A stretch of DNA of 64,000 nucleotides from Dehalococcoidales bacterium (GTDB lineage Bacteria; Chloroflexota; Dehalococcoidia; Dehalococcoidales; UBA2162): contig JAUYHA010000135.1 of NCBI GenBank assembly GCA_030690265.1, positions 5,737 to 69,736 of the forward strand, read 5' to 3'. Below are positions 1 through 8,574 of the stretch, one piece after another. Position 1 is the stretch's first letter. Every line of letters starts with the position of its first letter. The notes under the pieces were generated by a model that was given only the letters and a program-made list of their open reading frames with translations, searched no databases and had not been told where the DNA came from. The translations under genes were made by a program, and so were the position numbers.

Positions 1-27
1 AATACCCAGAACGAGTAATCCGCTCAT
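1..27 (-). CDS. 5' end of an unidentified CDS running off the left edge of the window
   Basis: ATG at 27..25 on the minus strand. GGAGG lies 5 nt upstream (complement of 33..37). Only 9 codons (MSGLLVLGI) are visible. Confidence 0.3.
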
Positions 28-151
28 ACTTGCCTCCTTTTTGAAAATTCAGGGGTAAATGAAAGACTCGGTAGCAAATCCCAGCATATCGGGATTTTCG
101 CCTTTATTGACAAGTCAGCCCTTCCGCCTTCACCCACTTTCAGTATAAAGG

Positions 152-685
152 CTACCCTATGGCACGATACCTGTCAAGCCACCCACCATGAGATTGTTTG
201 GTAAAATATTCTGGCTTCATGCCTAGCGAGCCAAGCACCGCCATTATCTTCTGCCCCATTTCATCAGGGTCATAATAGAGGTGACTCGGACATTTACAAT
301 CGCTTGAGCCGAAGCCGGGGATAGCCTCAAACCGGCGGTTAAGACCCCGGGCAATGGTGCATTCAACTCTATCCTCAGTCTCACAGACGATTATATCCCT
401 GAGAGACGCCTTTTCCAGCAAATAGTCAATATGCCAGCGGAGTTTTTTATTTCTCTGGAGGTGACGGTTTACCCGGGCACTGATTCCGCCGAGGGCTGAA
501 CCTACATAAGCATAGTAGCCCCGGGGAAACCGGGACACTTTAAGGCTGCCGATGACGGTTGTTTGCTCCCGGGAGAGTTCAATAAGCAGGACATAACTGC
601 CTTTCCCTTTAGCCCTTGAATTTTCTTTCAAGGGCAAGGCACTCTTCCCGGCTTCAGTCACGAGTCTCAGTCTTCTCCACTTCAA
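152..685 (-). CDS. GIY-YIG-like nuclease superfamily protein (DUF123-type)
   Basis: 177-aa ORF. The block YYAYVGSA..RVNRHL..KLRWHIDYL is typical of DUF123/GIY-YIG-like proteins, and the C-terminal part is Cys-containing. The start is uncertain because the ORF overlaps the upstream gene by 32 nt. Confidence 0.6.
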   Translation of the reverse strand: MKWRRLRLVTEAGKSALPLKENSRAKGKGSYVLLIELSREQTTVIGSLKVSRFPRGYYAYVGSALGGISARVNRHLQRNKKLRWHIDYLLEKASLRDIIVCETEDRVECTIARGLNRRFEAIPGFGSSDCKCPSHLYYDPDEMGQKIMAVLGSLGMKPEYFTKQSHGGWLDRYRAIG

Positions 686-911
686 TAGTGCATTCCGTTA
701 CCAGGGCGGCAAAGGCACCCAGAGCCGCCAGAACCGGAGCTACTAGAATTACTGCTGCTGTTGCAGGGGCGCCTATTGACAGGGGAATCTCTATTACCAC
801 TTTCCCTTCGTGTAACAGACGCACTCTTCTGATGTTACCTTCGTATATCAGTTGTTTCACCTTATCAACCAGCTGACCTCCAGATACGGTAAACTTTTCT
901 TTAATAGTCAT
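654..911 (-). CDS. small DUF4342-like protein
   Basis: ORF 654..929. The internal ATG at 911 is preceded by GAGGGGG. A soluble N-terminal part is followed by an Ala/Val-rich hydrophobic segment. Confidence 0.5.
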   Translation of the reverse strand: MTIKEKFTVSGGQLVDKVKQLIYEGNIRRVRLLHEGKVVIEIPLSIGAPATAAVILVAPVLAALGAFAALVTECTIEVEKTETRD

Positions 912-963
912 TTTTAACCCCCTCTTCAAAACCAGCTGTAGCGGACTGGATTAACGAATTTTG

Positions 964-1326
964 TCATTCCAGGTCTTTCTTCTTTTCCTCATATTCTTCT
1001 TTGTTTATCTCACCCCGGGCATACCTCTTCTTCAGTATTTCCAAGGCCGAATCAGATTGGCTGGAGGCAGAGCCAGAACCGCCTGCCTGACTTGTGCTAC
1101 TGATTGCGGCGACCACCGCCCAGATGATTAGTACCAGAATAACGAGCCAGGCAATTGGCCACAGCCACATCAAGCCAAAACCACCCATCATCCCCGGCCC
1201 CATCATTCCCCAGCCCCAGTCTCCACCCTGCCATCCTGAAATCGCTCCAACTACAGAGGGCACTATAATAAAGGCAGCCAGGACAATACTTCCGATAATC
1301 AGAGCCGTTTTCACATTCTTATCCAT
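964..1326 (-). CDS. SHOCT-domain membrane protein
   Basis: 120-aa ORF with two hydrophobic helices and a Gly/Met/Trp-rich loop. The C-terminal ALEILKKRYARGEINKEEYEEKKKDL matches the SHOCT short C-terminal domain. Confidence 0.6.
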   Translation of the reverse strand: MDKNVKTALIIGSIVLAAFIIVPSVVGAISGWQGGDWGWGMMGPGMMGGFGLMWLWPIAWLVILVLIIWAVVAAISSTSQAGGSGSASSQSDSALEILKKRYARGEINKEEYEEKKKDLE

Positions 1327-1419
1327 AGTCCGCCTCCTTTGGTGAAGTTTAGATGAATAGTATATCTTATCGAAGCCTTAGTCAATCAGGGGAAACTAAG
1401 GTCGTTTAGTAGTTCAACC

Positions 1420-1742
1420 TGTCATTGCGAGCGACTCGTTCCGATTATCGTCAGAGTGAACTCGTTCCGATTATCGTCAGAGTGAACTCGTTCCGACTTG
1501 CCTCGACAAGCTCGGAGCAGGTTACCTGTAGCGAGGTTCGGTAACGAGTTATCGTCTTCAGACTTCAGGCCGAGCCTTCAGTCCGAGGCCCGAGTTCAGC
1601 GTTCGACTGAGCTCACTCGTTCCGATATGTCAGAGTGAACGCCGAAGTCCCGAGGTCAGAGTGAAAGCGTGGCAATCTGTAGGATTAAGATTTATAGAGA
1701 TTGCCACGTCGTCTTTCCAGTGAAAGACTCCTCGCAATGACA
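1420..1742. repeat. PAL-A nested palindromic repeat element (323 bp)
   Basis: Bounded by tgtcattgcgag (1420) and ctcgcaatgaca (1731..1742). Contains a 26-bp tandem direct repeat (actcgttccgattatcgtcagagtga, 2.5 copies). The central hairpin is cgtggcaatct..AT-rich..agattgccacg. Confidence 0.85.
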
Positions 1743-1822
1743 ATTGAACGGCCTTAGAAACCACCTTGGCTATCGAATTATCGCTTTTCGTGATAAACTA
1801 TAGGACACTAAAAGGGGCAAAT

Positions 1823-2770
1823 ATGAAACGCAAGGATTTTCTTTCCATATCCGACATCAGTGGTGAGGATATTCGCTCGCTCATCTCTGATGCTGTTGCG
1901 AGCAAAGATAAAAGCTGGCTTTCTTCACTGGAAAGAAAAACGCTGGCTATTCTTTTTGAGAAACCTTCGCTAAGGACGAGGGTTAGCTTTGAAATGGCTA
2001 TGCGGCAGCTGGGTGGGGAGACCATCTATCTATCACCTGCTGAGGTCGGGCTGGGAAAACGGGAATCAGTGCCTGATGTAGCCCGGGTGCTCAGCCGCTA
2101 TGTGGATGCCCTTGCCGTTCGTACCTTTTCCCATCAGACTCTGGAAACTCTGGCTGAATATGCCGCTGTGCCGGTGATTAACGCCCTTTCTGACCTGGAA
2201 CACCCCTGTCAGGCGCTGGCTGACCTGCTTACCATTTATGAGAAAAAGAGGGAGCTAAAAGGCTTGAGGCTGGCTTTCATTGGTGATGGCAACAATGTAG
2301 CTCACAGCCTGCTGCTGGCCGCTGCCCTCGCCGGGATGAATTTCAGGATTGCTTCTCCGGCGGGTTACGCTGTCCAGGAAAGAATATTAAGTCAGGCTCA
2401 GGATTATGCTGCCGCCAGTGATGCCGAGATATTCTGCACCGAGGAACCGCAGCTGGCAGTCAACGGGGCGGATATAGTTTATACCGATGTCTGGACGAGT
2501 ATGGGACAGGAGGCTGAAGCCGAAAAGCGACGCAAAGTATTTGCTAATTTCCAGGTAAATGATGAGCTGATGGCTTTTGCCAAAGAAGATGCTATACTGA
2601 TGCACCCCTTGCCGGCCCATCGCGGTGAGGAGGTCAGCGAAACCATTCTGGATAGTCTGCAGTCGGTGGTATTTGACCAGGCTGAGAATAGACTGCACGC
2701 CCAGAAGGCAGTGCTATTACGAATGCTGGGCGGTCTGGATGTACCGCTCACCGGCTTACGCTGGAGGTGA
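1823..2770 (+). CDS. argF: ornithine carbamoyltransferase
   Basis: Motifs SLRTRVSFE, HPCQALADLLT, FIGDGNNVAHSL and DVWTSMGQE. The ATG at 1823 (MKRKDFLSI) is preferred over the ORF-track start at 1766. Confidence 0.9.
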   Translation: MKRKDFLSISDISGEDIRSLISDAVASKDKSWLSSLERKTLAILFEKPSLRTRVSFEMAMRQLGGETIYLSPAEVGLGKRESVPDVARVLSRYVDALAVRTFSHQTLETLAEYAAVPVINALSDLEHPCQALADLLTIYEKKRELKGLRLAFIGDGNNVAHSLLLAAALAGMNFRIASPAGYAVQERILSQAQDYAAASDAEIFCTEEPQLAVNGADIVYTDVWTSMGQEAEAEKRRKVFANFQVNDELMAFAKEDAILMHPLPAHRGEEVSETILDSLQSVVFDQAENRLHAQKAVLLRMLGGLDVPLTGLRWR

Positions 2771-2776
2771 AGACAT

Positions 2777-3511
2777 ATGTTAAGGACGATATTAAACCGG
2801 GGATGGTCTGCTATCTTAATCGCGGTGCTGGCTGTGCTTGGCGTTTTCTATGAGTTGCCAGTTGTGGTTGTCGCTTCCGGTGCGGGCAGTATTCTGGTCG
2901 TCGGCTTGACCGTAGCGGCAGTCAGCGCCAGGGAGAAACAGCTTGAGCTTTTATCATTCAAGCTCAAGCAACTGGCCGGGTATTTTAACCGCCGCTTTAT
3001 GGGTAATTCTTCGCTGTCTGTCTTCTCTATTATTGATACTCTCTTCAATATTGATAGCCCACAGCTGTGGGATTGGGCACGTGCCTGTGACGTCTCTCAG
3101 CGGATTTTCAATACCTGGTGCAGCAGCTTTATCAATAGGTTAGAGAGTGATGTCAGGACCAGGAGGTTTGATGTTTACCTGCGTACCTACCTGAACGAGC
3201 TCTGGCTGGTCAACAGTCACTATTATGAGTTCATCGAGCAGTTCTGCGAGATAGCGGAAAGGACCGGGCTTCTTCGGGAAACTATCGAGCAGTATAACCG
3301 CTTCGCTGTGGAATACAACTCTTTTGTCCAGAATTTCCAGGAAACAATTGCTGAGCTGAGGAAAGCCGCCGGAACAGAGATTGAAGCTCCAAGCGTCAAG
3401 CTTGCCAGGGAACTATCAGTGGTCAAGTTTCCTCAGACCAGTCAAGAAAGTCAGGCTAAACCCGCTAAGCCCGGGCAAGGGCTGGGATACTTTTTGGAAA
3501 AGGACAAGTAA
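2777..3511 (+). CDS. hypothetical membrane-anchored protein
   Basis: 244-aa ORF with two N-terminal hydrophobic helices followed by a helical soluble domain. No family was recognised. Confidence 0.5.
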   Translation: MLRTILNRGWSAILIAVLAVLGVFYELPVVVVASGAGSILVVGLTVAAVSAREKQLELLSFKLKQLAGYFNRRFMGNSSLSVFSIIDTLFNIDSPQLWDWARACDVSQRIFNTWCSSFINRLESDVRTRRFDVYLRTYLNELWLVNSHYYEFIEQFCEIAERTGLLRETIEQYNRFAVEYNSFVQNFQETIAELRKAAGTEIEAPSVKLARELSVVKFPQTSQESQAKPAKPGQGLGYFLEKDK

Positions 3512-3526
3512 ATAAATGTCAACCTT

Positions 3527-3805
3527 ACCCCCTTTTCCCTCACCTTCAAAGGAGAGGGGTTCACCCTGAAGGGTTCTCCCTGAAGGGGAGAATAAAGAAA
3601 GAGGGGCGAAGTCCCTCTTAAAAAATATTCTCTGAGACTGTTCGAGGTTGTCACTCTGAGCACGTTCACTTCGTTCACTCTGACGATAATCGGAACGAGT
3701 TCAGTGTAAACTCCGCGAAGAATCTCGGGGTAGGGTTGGGGGCTCGACTCCTACCCCTCCCCAGATTCTTCTGTCGTCCTTCCTCGGACTCCTTCATAAT
3801 GACAG
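3527..3805. repeat. composite repeat block (PAL-B hairpins plus a degenerate PAL-A element)
   Basis: Shares ccttcaaaggagagggg and aagaggggcgaagtccctctt with the other PAL-B copies. Shares cactctgacgataatcggaacgagt, the reverse complement of the 26-mer at 1430-1490. Inverted gaagaatct..agattcttc is present, and the block ends in cataatgaca. Confidence 0.7.
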
Positions 3806-3869
3806 GGGATGGGGTTATAATTAAAAATAGGGTGAGCGTTTGGTAAATACAAGGCTTCTGGAGGTAAGT

Positions 3870-5183
3870 GTGGATAAGCCGGTGGTGGCGATTATTGGCA
3901 GGCAGAATGTGGGTAAGTCTACCCTGTTGAATCGACTGGCAGGTGAACGCATCGCTATCACTGCCGATTTGCCGGGGACAACCCGCGACCGAATCTTAGC
4001 TAATGTTTCCTGGCAGGGGACTGAGTTTACCCTGGTTGATACCGGCGGACTGGAGATAAAGCCCGAGACTACTATTGCCCAAGAGGTGAAGGAGCAGGTA
4101 GAGGCGGCTATCACTGAGGCTGATGTCATTATTTTTCTGGTGGATGTCAGGGACGGGATAACCCCGATTGACCTGGAAATAGCTGCTCTGCTTCGTCAGG
4201 CGAGTAAACCTTTACTGCTGGTGGTTAATAAGGCGGACAATGACAGGCTTGAGACTGAGGCAGTGGAGTTTTATGAATTAGGGCTGGGCGAGCCGCTGGT
4301 AATTTCAGCCTATCACGGCAGAGGCACTGCTGAGCTGCTGGATAAAATCACTGCCTGTTTACCGGTACCTCAACCGGTCGAAGCCGGACCGGAGATGATA
4401 AAGGTAGCCATTGTCGGCAGGCCCAATGTGGGTAAGTCAATGCTGGTAAATGCTCTCCTGGGTGAAGAGCGGGCTATCGTTAATGAGACTCCGGGAACAA
4501 CCCGCGATGCCATAGACACATTACTTGACTTTCAAGGGCAAAGTATGCTACTAATTGACACCGCCGGTATCAGGCGGCGGGGGCGGTTGGAAGCTGGAAT
4601 AGAAAAATACAGCGTCATCCGTTCCCTGCGGGCTATTGACCGGGCTGATATAAGTTTGTTAATTATTGATGCTGCCGAGCCTATTACGGCTCAGGATATG
4701 CATATAACCGGCTTCATTCAACAGATGGCGAAAGGAATCATATTAATAGTCAATAAATGGGACCTGGTTAAGGATAAGAATATCAAGGTATGGGATAAAT
4801 ACATCAGAGACCAGGTCAAGTTTTTGCCTTATGCCCCGATACTATATACATCTGCCAAACTCGGACAAGGAATAGACAGAATTATGCCCCAGGTATGCCA
4901 GGTTTATCAGGAAAGACAGAAACGTTTCCCCACCGCCACAGTCAATAGAGTTGTTCAGCAGGCACTGGCGGCACACAGTCTACCCCGAAAGGGCAACAGG
5001 CAACTAAAAGTCTTGTCGGCTACTCAGGCTGATATAAACCCGCCGACCTTTGTCTTTTTTGTCAATGATACCAAGCTAATCCATTTTTCCTATCAACGCT
5101 ACCTGGAAAACAAGCTGCGCCAGTCTTTTGGCTTCACTGGCAATCCGCTTCGCCTGGTCTTTAAGAAAAGGGGAGAATCATGA
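3870..5183 (+). CDS. der: ribosome-biogenesis GTPase Der (EngA), two G domains
   Basis: Two P-loops (GRQNVGKST and GRPNVGKSM) plus DTGG/DTAG and NKAD/NKWD. GTG at 3870 with GGAGG at 3860..3864 is preferred over the TTG at 3840. Confidence 0.9.
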   Translation: MDKPVVAIIGRQNVGKSTLLNRLAGERIAITADLPGTTRDRILANVSWQGTEFTLVDTGGLEIKPETTIAQEVKEQVEAAITEADVIIFLVDVRDGITPIDLEIAALLRQASKPLLLVVNKADNDRLETEAVEFYELGLGEPLVISAYHGRGTAELLDKITACLPVPQPVEAGPEMIKVAIVGRPNVGKSMLVNALLGEERAIVNETPGTTRDAIDTLLDFQGQSMLLIDTAGIRRRGRLEAGIEKYSVIRSLRAIDRADISLLIIDAAEPITAQDMHITGFIQQMAKGIILIVNKWDLVKDKNIKVWDKYIRDQVKFLPYAPILYTSAKLGQGIDRIMPQVCQVYQERQKRFPTATVNRVVQQALAAHSLPRKGNRQLKVLSATQADINPPTFVFFVNDTKLIHFSYQRYLENKLRQSFGFTGNPLRLVFKKRGES

Positions 5184-5863
5184 TAGTTGTCCAATTCCTG
5201 TCTGTGGTGGCAGTCGGTTATCTGATAGGTTCCATACCCTTCGGGGTGATAATAGGCAGGCGATTTATTAAAGAGGATATCAGGGGTTACGGCAGCGGTA
5301 AAACAGGGGCAACCAATGTCCTGCGTGCGGCTGGCAAAAAGGCAGCGGCCCTGGTACTCTTCCTGGATGCAGCAAAGGGAGCCCTGGCGGTAGTTGTAGC
5401 CGCAGTGATTGTTGGCAGAAACTATCTGGTGATAAATGATTTCGGTCTCGGTTTGCTGGCGGCTCAGTGTCTGGCAGCTTTAGCCGCCATGGCGGGGCAC
5501 AACTGGTCAGTGTTCCTCAAGTTTAAAGGAGGCAGGGGTGTTGCCACCTTCTTCGGCGGGTTGGTAGCTCTGAGCCCGGTAGTGGCATTATTCGGCAGTG
5601 AAGTCTTCATCATCGGGGTCGGGCTAACCAGGTTCGCCTCGCTAGGCTCTATCGCCGGAGCAGTAGGCGCCTATACTGTCCTGATACCCCTTACTCTCCT
5701 GGGCGGTTTTCCCCTCGAGTACCTCGTCTATACTTTAATCGGCACCATAGTAATAATTATTATGCATCACGATAATATTGGCAGACTGCTGATGGGCCGT
5801 GAGCGTAAACTGGGTGAGAAAGCCGAGCCAATAGATTCTCCTTCTGAGGATAGTAACGAGTAA
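5180..5863 (+). CDS. plsY: glycerol-3-phosphate acyltransferase PlsY
   Basis: GSGKTGATNVLRAAG and GHNWSVFLKFKGGRGVAT motifs in a multi-pass membrane protein. ATGA overlap with the der stop codon. Confidence 0.9.
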   Translation: MIVVQFLSVVAVGYLIGSIPFGVIIGRRFIKEDIRGYGSGKTGATNVLRAAGKKAAALVLFLDAAKGALAVVVAAVIVGRNYLVINDFGLGLLAAQCLAALAAMAGHNWSVFLKFKGGRGVATFFGGLVALSPVVALFGSEVFIIGVGLTRFASLGSIAGAVGAYTVLIPLTLLGGFPLEYLVYTLIGTIVIIIMHHDNIGRLLMGRERKLGEKAEPIDSPSEDSNE

Positions 5864-5866
5864 GAT

Positions 5867-6913
5867 ATGCCGAAAGTCACCATCATCGGCACTACTTCCT
5901 GGGGACTAACATTAGGGATAATATTAGCCCGCAAGGGAACAAAAGGCAGTGTCTGGGCTCGAACTGAGCAAGAGGCTGCTCAACTGATGGACGGTCAGGC
6001 AAACTTCACCAACGGGTTTACTCTGCCGCCCAATTTGTCCGTGACCAGCTCTTTAGAGAAAGCATTAAGCCAGTCAGAAGCAGTCATTTTGGCCGTACCA
6101 TCTCAGAGCGTCCGGCAGAATACCAAGCTGATTGCCAGTCACATCACTAGGTCTATGCTGGTAATAAGCGCGGCGAAGGGCATAGAGATTGCCAGCGGCA
6201 AGCGGATGTCACAGGTAATTGCCGAGGAAATAAAGCCAGAGTTCCAATCTAATATCTGTGTCCTTTCCGGACCCAATCTTTCCCGCGAGGTTCTCGAGGG
6301 CTTACCTGCCGCCACGGTAGTTGCTGCTGAGGATAAAGCTATAGTCAGAAGAGCCCAGAAATTATTTGCTACCCCTGAATTTTGTGTTTTTATCAATAGT
6401 GATGTTGTTGGTGTCGAGCTGGGCAGTTCTCTGAAAAATATCATCGCCTTGGGCGCTGGCATAACTGATGGACTGAGCTATGGAGATAATGCCAAGGCTG
6501 CCCTCATTACCCGGGGTTTGACCGAGATGACGGCTTTTGGGGTGGCACTGGGGGCAAATCCACTTACTTTCTCTGGATTAACCGGCCTTGGTGATTTAAT
6601 AGCCACCTGTGCCAGCCCGCTAAGCCGCAACCGTTATGTGGGCGAGGAACTGGCTAAAGGCAGGCCGCTAAAAGAGATAACCGAGGGAATGAACGGTGTT
6701 GCCGAAGGAGTAAGCACTACCGCCGCTGTCTGGAAGCTAGCCCGGCAAATGGACCTGGAAATGCCCATTACTGAAACAATCTACCGGGTGCTTTATAAGG
6801 GGGCTGACATTCGCCAGTCAGCAGCAAAATTGATGGAAGCCGGGGCTGTGCACGAACTGGCCGGGAGAAAGTGGAAATTATTCTCTGCCCTCAGGGTACG
6901 CCGCCGCTCTTGA
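5867..6913 (+). CDS. gpsA: NAD(P)H-dependent glycerol-3-phosphate dehydrogenase
   Basis: 348-aa ORF with SGPNLSREV and SSLKNIIALGAGI..GDNAKAALITRG blocks. It sits in the conserved der-plsY-gpsA arrangement. Confidence 0.9.
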   Translation: MPKVTIIGTTSWGLTLGIILARKGTKGSVWARTEQEAAQLMDGQANFTNGFTLPPNLSVTSSLEKALSQSEAVILAVPSQSVRQNTKLIASHITRSMLVISAAKGIEIASGKRMSQVIAEEIKPEFQSNICVLSGPNLSREVLEGLPAATVVAAEDKAIVRRAQKLFATPEFCVFINSDVVGVELGSSLKNIIALGAGITDGLSYGDNAKAALITRGLTEMTAFGVALGANPLTFSGLTGLGDLIATCASPLSRNRYVGEELAKGRPLKEITEGMNGVAEGVSTTAAVWKLARQMDLEMPITETIYRVLYKGADIRQSAAKLMEAGAVHELAGRKWKLFSALRVRRRS

Positions 6914-6954
6914 ACCAGAGCTTACCCGGGCAGAAAAGGGCATTACAACAAGAC

Positions 6955-7105
6955 CGTTCGCCCCCGTATCAGGTACGGGGCAGGCGCTGAGCATGTCAAA
7001 GGGCGCCGTTGTAGTTCGACAAGCCTCTCATGGTTCCACTGAGTCACCACGAAGTGAGCCGAAGCCTTCAGGCCGAGGCCGAAGGTCTCACCACGAATGG
7101 CGCAT
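6955..7105. repeat. PAL-C type hairpin cluster
   Basis: ccccgtatcaggtacgggg hairpin at 6962..6980. The gccgaagccttcaggccgaggccgaag module is shared with the element at 1420..1742. Confidence 0.7.
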
Positions 7106-7167
7106 ATGTGATGACATTATTATTGCAACCAAGTATTAGGGTAGCAGATGTTAATTACCTAATTCTT

Positions 7168-8226
7168 TTACCCCAATTCTTTGGCCAGTTCTTCAAATAA
7201 CTGCTGCTGTTTTTTGTTCAATGATGACGGAGTAACCACCAACAGCTTGACCAGTTGGGCACCATGTCCCCGTCCCCGGAGGTGGGGAACCCCTTTATTT
7301 TTCAGGCGAATGACCTGCCCCGTCTGGCTGCCGGCGGGAACCTTGAGCATAACTTTACCGTATAAAGTATGTACCTGCACCTCATCACCCAGAGCAGCCT
7401 GAGCAAAATTGATGGGCAGGTCATAGAGGATATTATCATTATCCCGGCGAAAAAGCTGATGTTCTCTAACAGATACATTAATATAGAGGTCTCCGGCGCC
7501 ACCACCCCTCAGCCCGGCATCGCCTTCATCAGCCAGGCGTATCCTGCCTCCATCCTGAATTCCGGCGGGTATCTGCACCTTGATACGTTCCTGGCGCTGC
7601 TCTCTGCCACTACCGTGACATTGCGTGCAGGGATTGGTAATAATCTTACCCTCACCATGGCACTGGGGGCAGGTAGTGATATTGGTAAAACGGCCAAAGA
7701 CACTCTGCTGAACCTGATGTATCTGCCCGGAGCCATTGCATTTGGGGCAGCGGCTTGGCTGGCTACCTGGCTGACTGCCGGTACCCTGGCACTGGGGACA
7801 GAGTTCAACTCGTGTTATATCCAGTTCTCTTTCCGCTCCAGAAACCACCTCTTCCAGGGTGATGGTTATACTGGCATAGAGGTCAGCTCCGCGCCGGGGT
7901 GCCCGACGGGCAGTTGCCCCCGCCCCTCCCCTGAAGAAAGCATCAAAGATATCGCCAAAACCTCCGAAATCAACCCCGGCAAAGTCCTGGTTAAATAGAT
8001 TCCGGCCATCTCCCTGACCAAAACGGTCGTAAGCAGACCGTTTTTCGGCATCGGAAAGCACCTCGTAGGCTTCGTTTATCTCCTTAAACTTCTCTTCAGC
8101 CCCATCCTCACGGTTGCGGTCAGGATGGTACTTGAAGGCTAGCTTACGAAACGCCTCTTTTATTTGTCCCTCGGTAGCATTTTTATCTACGCCGAGGACT
8201 TCATAATAATCTCGTTTGGGTGACAT
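7168..8226 (-). CDS. dnaJ: molecular chaperone DnaJ
   Basis: J domain (KYHPDRN), a G/F region, and four CxxCxGxG zinc-finger repeats ([32 protein letters not shown]). Confidence 0.95.
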   Translation of the reverse strand: MSPKRDYYEVLGVDKNATEGQIKEAFRKLAFKYHPDRNREDGAEEKFKEINEAYEVLSDAEKRSAYDRFGQGDGRNLFNQDFAGVDFGGFGDIFDAFFRGGAGATARRAPRRGADLYASITITLEEVVSGAERELDITRVELCPQCQGTGSQPGSQPSRCPKCNGSGQIHQVQQSVFGRFTNITTCPQCHGEGKIITNPCTQCHGSGREQRQERIKVQIPAGIQDGGRIRLADEGDAGLRGGGAGDLYINVSVREHQLFRRDNDNILYDLPINFAQAALGDEVQVHTLYGKVMLKVPAGSQTGQVIRLKNKGVPHLRGRGHGAQLVKLLVVTPSSLNKKQQQLFEELAKELG

Positions 8227-8248
8227 TTTTCTACCTCATCCCCTATAT

Positions 8249-8307
8249 CCCCCTCTCCTTTGAAGGAGAGGGGGAGTGGGGTATCGAAGAGGGGCTTCGC
8301 CCCTCTT
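8249..8307. repeat. PAL-B double hairpin
   Basis: ccccctctcc-tttgaa-ggagaggggg (10-bp stem, 8249..8274) followed by aagagggg-cttcg-cccctctt (8287..8307). It lies immediately upstream of the dnaJ start. Confidence 0.85.
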
Positions 8308-8342
8308 AAACTCCCGTTACAGGGACTATTGTTTTACTCTTA

Positions 8343-8528
8343 TTAAACTCCTATTTGAGAGGCAAAATGAGCCAGAAAATACAGTATCACTGACCCACTA
8401 AACGTTGCCGTTAGCAAGACAGTAAGAATCCCTGGAAGCCCAGCGTTGCTTATTGCATTGGCTATCGCACTTTCGCCAGTAATTGCAATAAGAATGCTGG
8501 TATAGATAAGTACTATAGTTGCTACCAA
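8343..8528 (-). CDS. possible small two-helix membrane peptide
   Basis: 61-aa hydrophobic ORF between dnaK and dnaJ with a TTG start and a weak SD. It could be spurious. Confidence 0.3.
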   Translation of the reverse strand: MVATIVLIYTSILIAITGESAIANAISNAGLPGILTVLLTATFSGSVILYFLAHFASQIGV

Positions 8529-8574
8529 TTAGCCTTGACCTCACTTTAGATTTCGGCGCTATTACCATCAGCAC

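Noticed and set aside
616-876. 86-aa plus-strand ORF
   Set aside because: It is antisense to the DUF123 and DUF4342 genes and is Ala/Arg-rich, typical of a GC-rich shadow frame.
1430-1500. Tandem direct repeats of a 26-mer (actcgttccgattatcgtcagagtga) that might suggest a CRISPR array
   Set aside because: There are only about 2.5 contiguous copies with no spacers between them. They lie inside a PAL-A palindromic element, and no cas genes are present in the window.
7369-7998. 209-aa ORF on the plus strand
   Set aside because: It is entirely antisense to the well-supported dnaJ gene. Its composition is low-complexity, typical of a shadow ORF.
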